Position numbers and translations under genes: made by a program. From the NCBI RefSeq assembly GCF_009914755.1, contig NC_060930.1: 64,000 nt of DNA; one strand, given 5' to 3'. Positions 29,151 through 46,614 of the stretch are shown piece by piece (position 1 is the first letter of the stretch; every line of letters begins with the position of its first letter). The DNA is from the human T2T-CHM13v2.0 reference genome, Homo sapiens. The notes below the pieces were generated by a model that was not told where the DNA came from, ran no database searches, and saw only the letters and a program-made list of their open reading frames with translations.

Positions 29151-30534
29151 CTCCTTCAAAAATTATTCCCCAAGAATATAGGTGAAATGCCTATGAAATA
29201 CAAGTCCATAATTAGAAAAGTGGGCTTATGGTAAAGAGAATATTACATCTATGTACAGTGATAAAAAGAAAGGAAAAGATAGGAGTATATTTATTATTTT
29301 AAAATGTATCTGTTACCTCTGAATATACTTGCTTTCTGTGGCATGCTTGTGCAAGACTAATAAATTATATTAATAAAGAAATAAACCTTTATGTACTCAG
29401 TTATTGATGCTAATAATTTTATTTCCAAAGTTAGAAATATTTTTCTATAATTTAATAAATCATTAAATTTATTTAACAGAATAAAGTTAACAGATAAACA
29501 GAAATCAATTCATAAGTACTCTATACCAGGGGCCACCTTGGGTATTTTAAGAGATTCAAAAAGAGAAGATTCTGGTGATATTTACAGTCTTATTCCAATT
29601 ATCTTACAAATCAAAATGAAAGTGTACAGCCTTTACACATACAAAAGAATGGTACAGATTCAGTCCTAAGTCAAATAACACATGTTTTATATACCATGAG
29701 AGTTCAGAAGGAAACACCATTTCAGCCACAATTGGCCTGGAAAACTTCACAGGTAAAATAGAAGTATGAAATCGAAATCAATGGATAGGACAAGAGGGAT
29801 GTTGGAAGAAGAAGAATTTGCATGAGCCAGACACAGAAGAATAAATAACCCTGAAGACCCAGAACTCAGGGCTGAGACCCATCTTTCTGTTAAAGAGCCC
29901 TCACGTTCATGAAGAATATTCAGAATTCATTTGTTTCCAACTAACATGGGGCATAATGCTGAGCATTGGAAATAGAGATATAAAAAGACATAGTCTTCCC
30001 CTTCAAGGACTTCTGAGCCCAGTAGAAAGCAAAGAAAATCAAGCCAGCATCTACAATACTAATTAAAATTCTGAGCTTTCAAGTCACACTGACCAGGTGT
30101 AACTCCTTACTCCTTCGACTTACTAGCATATTCTTAAACTCTCTGAGCCTGTTTCTGCCACTGCAAAGTCTCTCATAATTGACGTGAGGATTAAATTAGA
30201 CAGTATGCAAAAAGCTTTCAGGAAAAAAAAAAAAGTCACGCAGTTTTTTAACAAGTAAATATTTTAATGCTAATATTTTAGAATACCTTCATACAGAGGT
30301 TATTCTAGGCCAGTTATTCAGTTGAACCGCCTGATTGCTTTAAAATAAAAAATACCAATGTCTGGAACCTGCTGCAGATGAATTATATCAGCAAGTATCT
30401 GGAGGTGGGACCTGGTCCTCAGGACTTTGCTCAAAGTCCTCCCGGTAAGGCTCATGTGCCTGCTTTCTGGGTTGAGCATATGGAAGGAATAAGGAGCTCT
30501 GCCCATGTGTTTGCCGGGAAGGAGCGTGTCAAGA

Positions 30535-31214
30535 TGAAACCACCTTTGCAAAATTATGACGGAGACAGAGAAAGAGGTCCAACTTAAATGACCCCATCTT
30601 GCCTCTAACCTCCAAGGGGTCCTGTTAATTCCTGGGCATAGGCTGAACCAACTTTGGGAGGAACTTAGTTTAGAGTTTATAGTTTAAAACAAAGATGATA
30701 ACAGACCTTTCCCAAAACAAACCTCCTTCTTGCCTGGGTACTAGACGACTAACATTAGCCACAAGATTAGAAATTATAGTTTAGGAGTCACGTAGCCGGA
30801 GGCTACAAGATTCTGACCCTCCCTAAACTGCTCCTAAGATCAATGCTTGAGATGTTTTGCAGACTCTACACTTGATGGATCAACCGGCACTACCCAGATT
30901 GAGAAACCAGCCCATCTGATCTTGTGACCCCACCCAGGAACTGACTCAGCGCAAGAAGACTGGGACACCCCAGGATTTCACCTCCAAGCCAACCAATCAG
31001 CACTCCCTGACTCACTGCCCCTCCACTCCCACCAAACTGTCTTTAAAAACTTTGATCCCTAAATGTTCCAGGAGACTGATTTGAGTAATAATAAAACTCT
31101 GATCTCTGGCTTGGCCAGCTTTGCGTGAATTACTCTTTCCCTATTGCGATTCCCCAGTCTTGAGAAATCAGCTCTGTCTGGGCAGCAGGTAAGGTGACCC
31201 ATTGATAGGTTACA
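30535..31214 (+). mobile_element. LTR8 (ERV1) solo LTR
   Basis: Starts tgaaaccacctttgcaaaattatgac, ends gataggttaca; internal AATAAA; near-TSD aaga/aagg. Confidence 0.85.
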
Positions 31215-32209
31215 AAGGCAGGCCTCCTGGAATGGATGATTCCTGACTTGTGTCGCTGGTATCAGAGTCTGACAGACAAGAAGGGAAGAGGATAAGATGT
31301 GTACCAAACATTGGAGAGGTCAAGAGGGGGGTTATAGTCCTCTTTTGGGGGTCTTAAAAATGGTTTCCCTTTTGAAAACTCTTGGAGTTCTCACCTTAAA
31401 ATCTCTTGACTTTAAAATTTCTTTCAACCTGGAGCACATTATAAACCAGAAAATAAGAAAACCAGAATAAGCTGAAGAGAAACAGCTACCATGCCCCAAG
31501 GATGGAGCAATCAACAAAAACAGTGCTTTGAGGATCTCATGTCTCTAGCATCTCAGAAAAAGCCCCCTGACCTGTGCGGCCCAGGGACACCTTCTTAGTT
31601 TATAGCTATCCTTAAAATGAGAAAGGGCATCACTATGGCCGCAGCTGGGCCTAACACACAGCCATCAGTCAGTGGTCGGTTAATATATTTTCAGAGGAGC
31701 AATCAGAGTGAAAGACACTTAAGGCCCCTGGTAAGTGTAGGCAGCCACTTAAATCAGCCCCTAACATCTAGCTTGCTAGAAATTTGATCAAATGCTTATC
31801 TTCTCCACGGTATATGAAATGGAAGACATGATCTGCAGACCAAGATGACCAGAAAAAAGAAGCGTTCATTCCCCTGGCCCGCAGTTTAAATTCCCCGGTG
31901 ACGTTATCTCTTGGGGGGAACAAAAAAGAAAAATCACACTTGAATCAGTCTAGGCCAAAAGCAATTGAGGAAGCAACCATCCCATCTCCAGTTCCCCGCC
32001 CTCTTGAGAAAACCAGAACGGAGGGCCTGAAACATTGATATGCAAGTCACTCTCAAGCTATGACTCAGTTTTCTTCTCAAAGCAATTAACAATTACCAGC
32101 ATTTATTCAGTGAATGGGAGTCAGGCAAACAGACAGACACTGACAGTCTGTCATTATCGCAACAAAAGAACCACAGCTTTTATCCTCCCCAGAGGAAGTA
32201 AGACTTTAG

Positions 32210-32611
<402 letters not shown>

Positions 32612-33443
32612 TGAGGCACTACTTGGAGATGGACCTCCCAAGAATCATATGCAGCTCCAGATAGGGCAAAAGGAGGCCATTATGAATCATAGATATACAG
32701 GTCAACCCACAGAGGGCACCCTGCCTACACTCCCTACCCTATTGACGGCCTGGCAGGAGAAGGCACCCTTTCTGCAAACTTCCTGCAGACTGCATCCTAT
32801 TGGCCACTTCCTAACTACTCAGATGCTGTTTTTAATGTGATCAAGTCCATTCAAGAGTTGGTTGTCACATGTCCATTTGAGGCCAGCACTAGATGCTGTA
32901 GAAGCCAGACTGAATGAATGACTCACGTATGGCCCCAGCTCTTCAGTACTAGACTTACAGTTTGATCAGAGCCTCAGTCATGGAGCCAAGGCAAAACCAG
33001 AATGTTCACTCCTTGGTGGTCTCATGGTTAAGATTTGTCACTCTCAAACTAGAATCAGATCCACCCCTGACTGTTATTGGATGCAATACATTTAGCTATT
33101 CTGAGCCTAGGTTTAGTTTTCTCATTCATCAGAAAGATAAAACCTACCTCACATAAAAGAGATAATGGACACAAAGCACCTTCCCTGATGCTCAGTACAT
33201 GGGCAGCGCGTGTTAATGTTATAAATCACCCGCTTATCCCAGTCTTTACCAGCTGGTGAGTATAAATATTCTAACGGTTAGCTTACCCCTAAGTCTCAGT
33301 GCTCTATCCCCTAGGTCTGTCATGCCAAAACTCCAGTCTTTTCCATTAATTTTCTCCCAAATTATTTCCTCTTGGAGGCCTTGATGGGGGTGGGGCTGGT
33401 GGTATTCGCAGCAGCCCTGTGGTCTGAAGTCGGCAGAGCTCTG

Positions 33444-33888
33444 TGTGAAGCCCGAAAATTTGAGACAGGTCTCAGTTAATGTATCAAGTTTATCTTGCAG
33501 AGGTTGAGGATGTGCAGCTGTGACACAGCCTCAGGAGGTCCTGACGACATGTGCCCAAGGTGGTCAGAGCACAGTTTGGTTTTATACATTTTTGGGAGAC
33601 GTGAGACATCAATCAACATATGTAAGATGAACATTGGTTCAGTCCAGAAGGGCAGGACAACGCGAAGCGGGCAAAGGGCTTCCAGGCCACAGCTAGGTGA
33701 AAGACAAGCTGTTGCATTCTTTTGAGTTTCCGATTGGTCTTTCCAAAGGAGGCCATCAGATATGCATTTATCTCAGTGAGTAAAAGGATGACTGAATACA
33801 CTGGGAGGCAGGTTTGCCCTAAGCAGTTCCCGGCTGAATTTTCCTTTTACCTTAGTGATTTCAAGGCCCAAGATATTTTCCTTTCACA
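33444..33888 (-). mobile_element. MER4A-type ERV1 solo LTR
   Basis: gacacagcctcaggaggtcctgacgacatgtgcccaaggtggtc signature; TG...CA termini. Confidence 0.82.
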
Positions 33889-34077
33889 TCTCCCAATCCA
33901 CAAGCCTCAGTTCCTGCCTTACATTCTGCCTCTCATGACCAAGTTTTACACAAGTGGTTGCTAGTAGATCTGTGGTACTGGTATCATCTTTGATTTCTCC
34001 TCTCCAGAGTGCTCAAGCATTTGAAAGTTGGAAAAGATGCAAATAGCCCAACTCTCACGCTCTGGACCTGTAATCTG

Positions 34078-34800
34078 TCCCCTCCAGGAAAGTCAGGTGA
34101 TGGTCAAGCAGTTGTCACACTGCCCCTCTAAAATAACAATAGGTCGCAGCCAGCGCCAGGGAGAGGCAGTCTCTCCTGGAGGGGTGGGGTGGGGAGTCCT
34201 GTCCTGCCCTGCTCATGCCTGTGGGTAGCTCATCAGGCATGAGGCAGTCTCTCCATAGATAATAACACCTGAAATTGGTCATCAGCAGCTTCCAATAAGA
34301 TCTCAGGAACTGGGTGACTGGGCTCGACCATGCACATTAAGAGGCAAAATGGGTAGTATGACCTTCTGGGGACATTCCACCAGAAAAGGCGAGAACACCT
34401 CAGGCGAGCATGTGTACAACTCCAGTAAACACACTGTGTACTCTTGTCGCCCTGGGATTATAGGCCACTGAGCATGCAGGCGGCTCTCCCTGAAGGAAGA
34501 ATCCAAGGAAAGGGGCACTAGACTCCAGTAGTCGACCAGAATATAAAATCCTAGATCCAAGGTCAAACGGGGCACTTGTCCTTCAAGTCACCCACCTGGG
34601 CCTCTTCCAAGTGTACTTTCTTTTCTTTCATTCCTGCTCTAAAGCTTTTTAAGAAACCCTTACTCCTGCTCTGAAACTTGCCTCAGTCTCTTTTTCTGAC
34701 TTATGCCCCTCAGTCGAATTCTTTCTACTGAGAAGGCAAGAATTGAGGTAGACTTGCACGGATTCCCCTCCACTAGCTCGGATACCTTCCACTACTCACA
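34078..34800 (+). mobile_element. MER50-like ERV1 LTR with rearranged 5' end
   Basis: ggtcgcagccagcgccagggagaggcagtctc...cagcagcttccaataagatctcaggaa signature. Confidence 0.65.
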
Positions 34801-35539
34801 CTTGGCCTTTTAGCCTTGCAGTCCATGGTTTCTGCCACTCTTCTCATTCTCTAATGCAGCCTCATCTGAGGTTCCCCCAATTCCATCAAATAACTGAGAC
34901 CTATCTGAACCCCAAGGGAGGACCAGTTCTTCCTTACAATTCTTCCAGGTTCCATACCAATCAGAGAGTATTTTGAACTCCCTGAACATTCTCTGCCTGG
35001 AGTAGAGGAATTCCAGCCAGACTAATAGAGTCTCATTTCTAATATATATATAAAAAAAGGTCACTAACATAGACATACATATATGCACATAAATGCACAG
35101 ATATAATATGTGTTTAATATAAGGTAATTTAATATTTTTTTGATTGCCTTTCTACAGTAAGCCAAACTGCTTATGTGTCTATTAATACACCTGGTATTTT
35201 TCTGAGTTCACTCCTCTGTCCCATTGTATCTAAGACTGGCATACCTAGTCCTTCTCTCATCACTCTTGCTCCATCTATACCGATACCTCAAAATGCAGCT
35301 CAAACTTCACCACCTCCATGAAGCCCTCCTTGACCACTACAGCACACAGTCCTCTCTTCTTCATCTACATTTATTAAAATTATTGGTCATGATGTAATTT
35401 GACAATGAATTTATTCTTCATCAGGACAAGAAAGATAGACAGGAAGCAAAGAGTAACAAGACCACAGAGTGAAGTGTAAGAATATAAATTGCCTTCTCTT
35501 GCATAAACTACTGGGAAAGGAGTTTGGAGACAGATAGAT

Positions 35540-35700
35540 GCTATGGTTTGAATGTTTGTCCCCTCCAAAAGTCCCCATGTTAAAAATTTAGTTGCCTTTG
35601 TTTCAGTGTTGAGAGGTAGGACGTTTAAGAGGTGATTGGGCTATGAGGGTTTCACCCTAATGAATGGGATTAATCTCACTTTAAAAGGGCAAGTTTGGTC
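35540..35700 (+). mobile_element. MaLR (MST/MLT1A) LTR 5' fragment
   Basis: tgctatggtttgaatgtttgtcccctccaaaa start. Confidence 0.7.
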
Positions 35701-35794
35701 CTAAAACAAGACTCAGGAATTTCCACTTCTGGAAAAATGGAGTAGATATATTTTTCCTTACTTCTACTACAAAATACCACACACACACACACAC

Positions 35795-37960
<2,166 letters not shown>

Positions 37961-38077
37961 GTCCTTGATGAAATAGCCCAACAAGAAGGCAATATTTGCA
38001 TGGGGCATCTCAGCAAGTCAGTGGTTTTACAAAGAGACATTTGGTTAACTTAGATATTTAAGTAAAGAAAGAAAGTG

Positions 38078-38400
<323 letters not shown>

Positions 38401-41045
38401 CTACTTTGATCAATAATTTCTATTGGTGGATAAGGGTAACACTTAAACTCCAGCCAAAATTTATAAGGTATATAATGGAGTACTTTGTGCATAACATATA
38501 AAATCAGTATTGAAAATATGTTGTGTGATTGCTGGTGAATGATTCTGATATTCACTCATATTGGATGATACATTAAGGTGACAAGTTAGGGAAAAGAGCA
38601 TTTGCATTCTAGCTTCATTCTTGGGACTGACAAACTATGGTGCAAGGAGAAACACAATATCATCCTTAATATGCTGTGCTTCCCCTGGGTACCTTTATGA
38701 GCATGGAACTGAAAGGGCACCCCACATGGAAGAGCCATGCCGAGGGGTGGGTAACTGTCCTAGGTCAGGTTCCAGAGAAGAGTTGGGGCCAGAGATGGGG
38801 ATTTTTGTTAAAGTGATGCATTGAGGAGGGAATCTCAGAAGGGGCATTGGGAAAGGAGGGTGGGGCGTGGGAAGTAAGCTAATTAACAAAACAGTCTGGA
38901 TAGAAACTAGCTTCCATCTAGTCTTGAGGGCAGCTCTGAAGTCCACATTGCACCACAGAGCTGGTTCTACCTTAAGGGAAATGGACTTTTGTACTCTTCA
39001 TAAATCAGTTATTGGTCACTGGCTGCTGAGGGAGAGGTGGGGAAGGGGAGCAGAAGGACAACTGCTCCAGGGAAGCAGCTGCTATTCAACCAGAGGTGAA
39101 GTTCTGGAGGACAAGGCAATGGGGAGTGGTTAGCAGCCACCATTCACTGTAATTTGGGTCCATCTGCCTGGATAAGAGGATCTAAACAGATCGCTATCAA
39201 CACCCAGTGGAGTCCATCTCTTCTCTCGCTCATGTTCTCTTGTTTTTCATATTGTTCACTACATAGGAACTGTCATGATTTCTGGAGAAACTTCCAAAAG
39301 GCAAGTTAGGGTGATGAACTACAGCTGTGTGGTACAATTGGTCCTAAAGCCTTCGGTGATACATTATCTCCCTCCTACACAACACATTCTAGATTTTCCT
39401 TCACTTGCGTTTCTGCTGTTTGGTGTCCCAGGCCTTCATCCCTGAGCTGTTTGAGCCCCTGTTCACCATATACTTATCAGGCCAGTTGCTTCACTGAGCG
39501 AGTTATAACTGAGTGTGAGCATAGGCATACCAAGAGACACCCTAATAGATCATGTGAATGCCAACCATACTCTTCCTTCTTCTATTAAGAAACAGCAAAT
39601 CCTACCTCCTCATGATTATCAATCATCCCTGCCAGCTGGTAAATCCTTTCAGTGCCACTGATCTCCTACCATGAGGAACCCAAAGGAACTAAGTGTCAGG
39701 CATAGGTTTACTGGAATTCTTACAGCATCCTCTGGCAGGAGCAGGACCTCTAGATCCAGAGAGCCTAAAGTTGTAGGGATGGGAAACACAAATCCCAAGT
39801 TGATCACTTGGAGCAGTGAAGAGCTGGACCAGTCCTATTTTCACCCCTTGGTTCCTTGACCTATATAATTCAGCCTATTGGGGTCAGAGTACCCCAGTTT
39901 TTTATAAAGTATGGCCAGTTTTTTGTAAAGTATACTATATTCTGAAGGCTGATTCTCCATTCTCATAAGATGTCTTCCACTGGCAGGTGCCTCACCTGCA
40001 CCTTCAAGAGACTTTTTCAAGGCTCTTTCAGGCCAACAGCTTCTGAATGGAAAAGCATGTGAAAGAACCACATGATCCCATGATTATGTGCCCACTGCCT
40101 CACTTCCTTGGCCATACAGTGGGATCCCATGCATAGATCAAACATTCTGTGAACCCTGGAATATTAGTGTTGACTGAGGCACTGTATCAAGGAAAGGCCA
40201 ATCCATGGGTGAAATCCTTGTCTTTCATAGCCAGGATGAAACATTGCTTTTTCCCAGATGGAAGGGGTCCAAGCTAATCAAGTTGCCAACAAGTATCTGG
40301 TTGATGTCCAAAACATGATACCTTATTGGGACTCTGCATTGACTTTTGTTATTAGCAGGCAAGCCATCCAGCAGCAGCAGTAGCTTGCAGCCTTGGTGAA
40401 TGTGTGCATGTCTGGGGGCCATGGTGCCCCTCCATCTCTGCCACCATGTCTTCTCTGTTCATGAGCCCATGCACATGTCAACAGAGAAACTAGCAGACAT
40501 TGCTGGCTGAGTCATCCTGCCTGTGTGCTTCTTCTGAAAGGGACGCTCTCTGGTAGGTATTTTCATTCAATATAAAGATCAGATCATCAACATTGTGCCC
40601 ACTCCCACAGGTACCTCCACAAGGCTCTCCCCCAGACCTCCTTGTCCACTATGTTCCTTGGGTCACTTCTATCTCCACACAACATGGATGGCAAGATATG
40701 TTACATGAAGCTCTGCCCCGTGGAAGGCTTTCCATTCATCACCAGCTTTCAGAGTCACCCATAAGTGAGGCTGTAGGGCAGTCATAGCCCATTTTTGGCT
40801 TGAACATTTAGAAACCAGTGAGAACATGGGTCATCTATTACTTGACCTCTGTATACCCCTACCTTAACACAGAGGCCATGATATTTTTTGAGTAGTTCCT
40901 GGAAATCAGAAACAATGTGGCCCCTGTATACAATTTTTCTTAAAAGATTTATGTATTCCCCTTCCCCATTGTACACTTGCCCAAGTAAATGGTTATAGGT
41001 TCCTTTGGGAAGGACTAGGGGAATTGCCTGTATCTTATCTCAGGG

Positions 41046-41424
41046 TGTATTAGTTCATTTTCACACTGCTGTGAAGACATACCTGAGACTGGGTAATTTA
41101 TAAAGAAAAGAGGATTGATTGACTCACAGTTCCACGTGGCTGGGGAGGCCTCAGGAAACTTAACAATCGTGGTAGAAGGGGAAGAAAACACATCCTTCTT
41201 TACATGGCAGCAGGAGAGAGAAGTGCAGAGCAAAGGAGAGTGGGAAAGTCTCTTACAAAACCATCAGATCTTGTGAGAACTCACTCACTATCACAAGAAC
41301 AGCATGGGGGTAACTGTCCCCATGATTCAATTACCTCCCCTCCATCCCTCCCATGACACGTGGGATTATGGGAACTACAATTCAAGATGAGATCTGGGTA
41401 GGGACTCAAAGCCTACCCATATCA
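41046..41424 (-). mobile_element. THE1/MST MaLR solo LTR nested in the ERVL provirus
   Basis: tgtattagttcattttcacactgct...catatca; 5-bp near-TSD caggg/catgg. Confidence 0.9.
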
Positions 41425-41557
41425 CATGGTGTTGTTAAAATCGTCTTCCTCATGAGAAACAGCCTCCTCTTGAGGGTTAGGTCTCAAAACTGAACAAGGG
41501 ATTGTGACTTTCTTTTGAAGCAGCTGACCTCAGCCTTCTGCATATCCATTCTGGATC

Positions 41558-41619
<62 letters not shown>

Positions 41620-41620
41620 A
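41558..41620 (+). repeat. (GT)n(GA)n compound microsatellite
   Basis: Directly visible. Confidence 0.95.
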
Positions 41621-43853
41621 AACTTCCCATATATCTTGTCTTTAGAAATGCCACATTCTATTATTCTATTAGCAATCTCCCAAGATCTTCCAAGATCCAT
41701 ATGGTTGGTCCCATATGGTCAAGGCCCCAGGTAGCCATTCCAGCCTTGTGCCTACTACAGTAGTTCTGAATACCTTGCTTATGACTATACAGTGCTGCCA
41801 TCTGGCCTCTACTATTCCAGAATTCTGTTATCCCCGTTGCTTCTAGATAGTTATTTTCCCTCACAGCGTCTCCTACTGACAGCTCCCACCTCCACAGGAC
41901 AGCCACCATAGCTTTTTAATGATGCTAATAGCCCCCTCACCAGCACGTCCCAATTGCTTTGGCAAATAATGTCCCACCAAGGCAGATTATCTGCTAGTGG
42001 GTTTCCTGGTTTAATAATTCAATTGTTTGAGTTTTTCCCCTACTTCTCTGGACACTTGCGTCCCTTCCTCCACAATCTGCCTGGCAGTTCTGACAACTCA
42101 TCTTCATTAAATTTGGGACACCATTTTCCAGGCTTTCAAGGAGAGCCATTTCAGCAGCATATTAGTCTCCCTGGGCTCTTGCCCAGCATGAATTCCTGTG
42201 GCAGACAACAGGGATGGTATATTAAGCCTATATTAATAACCTCTCCCTTGTCTTGCTTGATGCTTTGTTCTTGCTTCCCTTGATCCAACCTTCAGGATCT
42301 ACTCCCAGGTGTTGTGTCCTGGTTCCTGCCAGTGAGTCAGAAGGTTCTGCAGTTATTTGATGTATAAGTGCCTTCGTCCTTTAGTCAGACTAGCCCTTCC
42401 CCCATTGGCTAATGCTGATTGGTCCTATTGACAAATCAGGCACCCAAGATAGGGAAATTGGGAGTGAGCCTAGCAAGGCCAGGCATTGTCTTATAAGGTC
42501 CCTGCCTCGTGGGAACCCTCTGGGTAGTTTTGAAGACTGGGGGCTTGGAGCCCTATATCCCAATAAGGAGGAGTCCACCTCTGTTGCAGGCTCAGACGTT
42601 TCAAGTGAACCTGGGGATTCACATTTCTCAAGCTTCTTTACCCGCACATCCCCATTCCAAGTCTCAAAGCCTTGTTCCTTCTCTGTCAAGATCCTGACTT
42701 TGACATTGAAGACTGGCCAAGGCCAAGTGTTTAATCTTCTTTGAAATTCTGTCACTCTTGTACCTGATTTTGAACTCTTTCTGCCTTCGGACCACAGAAG
42801 ATTAGTATTAATCAGTATCTCTCTAAATGTTGCCCAAAAAGCCATTCTCCAACATTTTGCTTTAAATTGTTAATAGACCTGAGCCTGTTATCTAAGCCTG
42901 TTCCTCTCTTCGATGCGTCAATGGCACTCAGCGACTACTTTCCCCCACGCCTGTCAAATACCAGAGACACTGCCCCAGCTGGTCCACCCTCTTCCTCCTG
43001 TGTCTTGTCTCAGTCCACCACAGGTAAAAGTCTCAGCAACCACAGACCACAGGAGGTGTTGTCCCAATTGGCATGCAGCTGGCTCTGCAACCAAGGAGCG
43101 CCCATCTCTCTAATTCCATCCTTACGATCGGTATCCTGGGTCCTTTCCAGTACTAACCGCCTTAGGCTGGAAGCAAAGCCTGAGAAATGGAGTCTTGGGA
43201 CCGTGATTTATTGAAGGAATGCTTTCAGAAGGGAGTGAGGGAAGCAAGATAGGACAAGGGGGTGGGAGAACCTAAGCAAGGCTGTGACCTTAGTTGTGGA
43301 CCAGATTCAGCCTGGTCCCTGGGGGAAGCCCTGGAGCACACATCCTACCACAGAATTGCTTCCATTTTGAGACAAGGGCAAAAGAGGGGCAGGGCCCTTT
43401 GCACCACAGCTGTCAGTCATTGTTGTGGCCGCCATGGTTGGGGATGGGGAGCATAACCTCCTGACCTGAGTGGCTTTCATGTAGCTGAGGGAAATTTTCT
43501 GGAAAAGGAGCACGGTATTAGCTGCAAAAACTCATAGCCACTGGGGAATGAAAGCTCTGGCCAGGTAAAGGGATCTGGGCAGGGCATCAACAGCATCCAC
43601 AGCAAGAGCCTCTGGCATGAGGACAATAATGTGCTAAATCTCCAGGCACCCTGTTTGCCTGGGAATTTTGCTCCTTCCCTACACCTCCTACTCTGGCTAG
43701 AACTGCCGAGGTATGCTCAGAAGAGACTTCTGGGTTGATGTTGTGTTTATGCCTTCCTAGAATACGTGACTGGAAAAACAAGCAGACTGGCATCAAGGAA
43801 TTAGCTATAAATCCAGGTTCGTTCATTTGTTTGAAGAGAAACAACAAATAGAG

Positions 43854-44132
43854 GGCCGGGCGCGGTGGCTCAAGCCTGTAAGTCCCAGCACTTTGGGAGG
43901 CTGAGGTGGGTGGATCGCTTGAGGCCAGAAGTTTAAGACCAGCCTGGGCAACATGGTGAAACCCTGTCTCTACTAAAAATACAGAAAAGTTAGCCGGGTA
44001 TGGTGGCGCAGGCCTGTAATCCCAGCTATTCACGAAGCTGAAGAACAAGAATTGCTTGACCCTGGGAGGCAGAGGTTGCAGTGAGCCAAGATCGCGCCAC
44101 TGCACTCCAGCCAACAGTGAGACTTTGAAAAC
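43854..44132 (+). mobile_element. Alu (S/J type)
   Basis: Alu consensus. Confidence 0.92.
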
Positions 44133-44257
44133 AAAAAAAAAAAAGAAAGAGAGAGAGAGAGAGAAAGAAAGAAGGAAGAAAGAACGAAAAAGAAAGAGAA
44201 AAGAAAAAGAAGAAAGAAAAGAAAGAAAGAAAAAGAAAAGGAAAGAAAAGGAAGAGA

Positions 44258-44318
<61 letters not shown>

Positions 44319-44319
44319 A

Positions 44320-44375
<56 letters not shown>

Positions 44376-44379
44376 GAAA
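44133..44379 (+). repeat. Purine-only (GAAA)n/(GA)n tract expanded from the Alu tail
   Basis: ~247 nt of A/G with a single C at 44185. Confidence 0.95.
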
Positions 44380-44696
44380 TAGTGTTCAGGTTGTGGTTAC
44401 ACAGGTCAGGACCAATGAAATTCTGTATTTATCCATGCATTTCAACAGCAACATCCACTCAGAAAAGCCCCCTCACACTGTCATGGGGGAAGAGGCTGCA
44501 GACTAGGTCAAATCCATCAGTCTGACATGGCACCAAGCAGATCATAAACCTAAGATGTTAAGGCCTAAATTATCCTTTGCTTGATGATACTTGATTCTCA
44601 AAAGTGATTTTTTAATGCTTTGTCTTTAAATGCAGGTATTGTGAATACCTGATCTGATAATTAAAATATTGTCCCCATTGCACCTGTGCACACATA

Positions 44697-45017
<321 letters not shown>

Positions 45018-45224
45018 ACTTGATTTCTTAAAAGCCAGAAATTTCTTGCTTTTCCCCTCATAAAGATGAATTATCTTTCCTATGGTGAACATACCTTGAA
45101 GTCAAATTCAAGTTACGGGGTGTGAAAAAGGACTTTCATGCTTCTAGCTAAAACGTGGAATTCCTGGGATTTCTGGGAGGTGTTGCTGGTCCACGGGGAC
45201 TCAGCAGGATATTTGAAAGGGAGA

Positions 45225-45921
<697 letters not shown>

Positions 45922-46537
45922 TGAGATTGTTCCCGAAATCAGGAAACGCATGGTGCCTATACCTTTTACTAATACCTTTGGTCTAAAATAATTTTTCCTG
46001 CTTCCATGTAGGAGCCTAGAAATATTTGGTGGTGGCAGGACAAAGAAGACAGAAGGTGGAGCTTGGCTTGTGAGGTGAGACTTGGGAGAGAGTCAGGAAC
46101 AAAATGAAAACTGTGTGTGTAGACAGCAGTCAAGGAGCATGAATCAGTTCAAATGCAGGCTGATTCCCTCTGATCAGTGGATCCAAAGAAAGGCAATTTA
46201 TTAGGCTATTTCATTATTTTCTTTGTTCATTTTCAAATAAATATCTCATATGTTTTAAGCAGCTTGTGTACCACATTTTGTAACTTTTATAATATGCAAA
46301 TTTTAAAAATTCTTTAAACAAAATGTGGGTGCCTAGAAATAATAAGTAATACAATGTGCAAGTCAAATTTAGTGGTCCAATGGCAATTTTTGAAAAATCT
46401 AAATATTATTGTATTAATAAACCTGTAACTTGAGAACCACTGGAAAAGACCACATCGATTATTGTTGAAACAGATTTCCAATATAATTAGATCTTTTATT
46501 TAAAAATAAAAACAAGTCTAGAAGCGATTTTGATGAC

Positions 46538-46555
46538 TGCCACCAGAGGGCACTG
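46538..46555 (+). promoter_or_regulatory. CTCF-binding motif
   Basis: TGCCACCAGAGGGCACTG closely matches the CTCF core CCACCAG(A/G)GGGCGC, in AT-rich unique sequence. Confidence 0.7.
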
Positions 46556-46608
46556 TAACCTTGTTGTAGACGATCAAAACGCAGCCATTAAACACTTCCA
46601 GCCACATG

Positions 46609-46614
46609 TTTATT
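46609..46614 (-). terminator. IPCEF1: Candidate distal poly(A) signal of IPCEF1
   Basis: Minus-strand AATAAA followed by GU-rich gtgtttaatggctgcgttttg. Confidence 0.5.

Larger units (their letters stand above)
38756..43604 (-). mobile_element. Decayed ERVL-type (HERV16/LTR16-like) provirus with both LTRs
   Basis: Related LTRs at ~38756-39211 and ~43158-43604; minus-strand gag-like motif VTEFQRRLN...VKVRILTEKEQGFETWNGDV (cf. ERVL KVRALIGKEWDPETWNGDVW); PBS-like gttagtactggaaagg next to the 5' LTR. Confidence 0.7.

Noticed and set aside
44056-44382. Lys/Glu/Arg-rich 108-aa ORF
   Set aside because: Translation of an Alu tail plus (GAAA)n repeat
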